Part shown: in pieces, positions 62,019 through 64,000 of the stretch
Position numbering within the stretch: position 1 is the first letter of the stretch
How the letters are laid out: each line of letters starts with the position of its first letter
Origin: Octopus sinensis
Taxonomy: Eukaryota
Direction: 5' to 3'
DNA length: 64,000 nt
NCBI RefSeq assembly: GCF_006345805.1
Contig: NW_021835233.1
Span: forward strand, 186,001 to 250,000
Position numbers and translations under genes: made by a program
Notes under the pieces: generated by a model
What the model saw: the letters and a program-made list of their open reading frames with translations, nothing else
What the model was told of the DNA's origin: nothing
Database searches by the model: none

Positions 62019-62364
62019 CTTTGTGGTAAAGATCGTTTGCCAACATAACATGGCAGTCCTGGTTTAGGACGAATGTTGCTGTAATTTAGCCCCAGGAGAC
62101 ATCGTCACCAGCTGGTTATACGACACAATCTGTGTCCTTATATTTTCAAACAAGGGAGTCTAGCACCTCCACCCCGGAAATTGCGATACACAGATATTGT
62201 TTTGAGCTGAGTGGGGGTGCTAGATTCCCTTGTTCGAAAATATAAGGACACAGATTGTGTCATTTAGCCAGCTGGAGATGGTGTCTCCTGGGGCTAAATT
62301 ACAGCAACATTCATCCTAAACCATGACTGCCATGTTATGTTGGCAAACAACCTTTGCTCTAAAG
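62019..62364. repeat. Foldback (MITE-like), ~155-bp arms
   Basis: Arms 62019-62175 and 62209-62364; sits inside the Dong/R4 remnant. Confidence 0.8.
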
Positions 62365-62486
62365 AATGGTGTTGCACTCAAAATTGACTGGATAGAATAA
62401 AATCCCAAGCAATAAATACATGGGCGATAGTATCACTTCAGTATGAAGCTGAAATCTTAAACTGCCAAAAGAAAGAACTGAAGAGC

Positions 62487-62935
62487 ATCATCATCATTGT
62501 TTAACGTCCGTTTTCCATGCTAGCATGGGTTGGACTATTTGACTGAGGTCTGGCGAACCAGATGGCTGCACCAGACTCCAATCTGATCTGGCAGAGTTTC
62601 TACAGCTGGATGCCCTTCCTAATGCCAACCATTCTGAGAGTGTAGTGGGTGCTTTTACGTGCCACCGGCACGAGGGCCAGTCAGGCGGTACTGGCAACAG
62701 CCACGCTCAAATGGTGCTTTTTATGTGCCACTTGCTCAAGATCCAGTCCAGCGGCACTGGCAACAACCTCGCTTGAATGTTTTTCATGTGCCACCAGCAC
62801 AAGTGCCAGTAAGGCGATGCAGGTAACAATCATGCTCGAATAGTGTTTTTAACCTGTCATCAATACCGAGGCCAGCTTGTTGCTCTGGCAACGATCTCAC
62901 TCATATGGTGGCAACGATATCACTCATATGGTCAC
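62487..62935 (-). mobile_element. (GAT)n-tailed retroelement with monomer array
   Basis: Reverse-complement copy inside the Dong/R4 remnant. Confidence 0.65.
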
Positions 62936-64000
62936 ATGGATAAGTAAACACAGAAACTATTGACAGTGCAATGTAATATTCCATCCCAAGAGTGACACCG
63001 ATAGGTTGTACTCGTTGAGAAGAAAGGGTGAGAGTGTTTTGATCAATTGTCAGGATTGTGTTGAAGTGGAGGAAAACAGCTTAGATTGGTGTGTAAGAAA
63101 TTCTGTTGAAACATGTGAAGATGTCTGGCATCATCAAAATTGATAATTGTGTTGAGAAAGAAACTTAAAGAGGAAAAGAACACACAAAAAGAGATGATAT
63201 GGAAAGAGAAAAAAGGAACATACAGTCAGTTTGCAAGAGATATGAGCTCCGAGACAGATAGAGAAGGCCAGTGGTTATGGATGTGGAGAAGTAATGTGAA
63301 GACAGAAACAGAGGCTCTCATGTGTGGCACAAGGACAAGCATATATAGGTGGGCTAGTTGATTACATTGTCCCTATTTTACAACTGGTCCTTATTTCGTT
63401 GACCCTCAAAAGACGAAAGGCAAAGTTGACTTCTGTAGAATTTGAACTCAGAACCTCAAGACAGCCGAACTGCTGCTAAGCAATATCAGAACCTAGCCAG
63501 GAAGATGAAGAAGCTGTGTATTCTTGTAATAACTGGTGCATTTGGTACAACACCAAAACTGCTACCCAAGAGAAAAGTGCAATCCCTATCTCCTGAAAGG
63601 GTCCTAATGAATGATTGTTGAGATTTGAAGAGGCTTGTCGCCAACCAACAGAACAACATCACTGCCACCAAATGTCATGTACTAATAATAATAATAATAA
63701 TAATAATAGTAATAATAATAATAGTAATAATAATAGTAATAATAATAATGATAATAATAGTAGTAATAATAATAATAATAGGATAAAATGAAAAGGAAAA
63801 TGGCAAAGCTAAAATAACTTGTCGTTGCTCAAAAGCTTTTGAGTAAATAGAAGTGACTAACTTTCTGTCAAACGAGACATTTCCGAAGAAGCTAATGTGC
63901 AAAATATTGCGTAAAAGAGCTTTGGTTCTGATATACTTTCTGACAGTTCCATTGTGAGCGTCTCAGGGGAGGTGTGCAGGTTCATTTCACATACAACATT

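Larger units (their letters stand above)
60810..63781 (+). mobile_element. Fragmented Dong/R4-clade LINE with (TAA)n tail
   Basis: FQGDSL-like RT motif (60835-60870), NQLLFMDDLKLYGK...MEFGLKNC (61410-61570), FHPKSDTDRLY (~62980), KTETEALMC (~63300) and VITGAFGT (~63530). TAA tail at 63681-63781. Interrupted by four other elements. Confidence 0.8.

Noticed and set aside
71-64000. Most ORFs in the supplied track (poly-IY, HT, CV, M/D, N peptides)
   Set aside because: Translations of (TA)n, (CA)n, (GAT)n and (TAA)n tracts or SINE sequence; no splice or homology support.
55373-64000. Next IFT122 exon or U12 branch site (e.g. TCCTTGAT at ~60227)
   Set aside because: No AG at a suitable distance and no matching peptide; the exon is probably beyond the window.

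Overview
AT-rich, microsatellite-dense eukaryotic DNA. The repeat content looks like an Octopus (coleoid cephalopod) genome; this is inference, not a database match. The whole window lies inside one + strand gene, IFT122 (IFT-A subunit, WDR10). Nine internal coding exons (1217 nt, about 405 codons, GFVVG...GISK(V)) splice in frame. They include a GC-AG intron (donor 51932) and a probable U12-type intron (GTATCCTTT at 55363). The gene start and end lie outside the window. Almost all ORFs in the supplied track are translations of microsatellites or repeats. The introns are filled with tRNA-derived SINEs, (GAT)n-tailed retroelements, piggyBac, mariner and MULE-like MITEs, non-autonomous Helitrons, Dong/R4 and RTE LINE remnants, an 18S rRNA fragment and many long foldbacks. 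The most notable signal is a set of minimal type-I hammerhead ribozyme motifs from several unrelated sequence families, with self-complementary helix III. One carries a compensatory G3-C8 core swap (9562-9612). Three families occur as head-to-head inverted pairs, and one of these is fused to a tRNA-derived SINE head. All folds were made by eye; no activity is demonstrated. Repeat boundaries are approximate unless a TSD or terminus is quoted.
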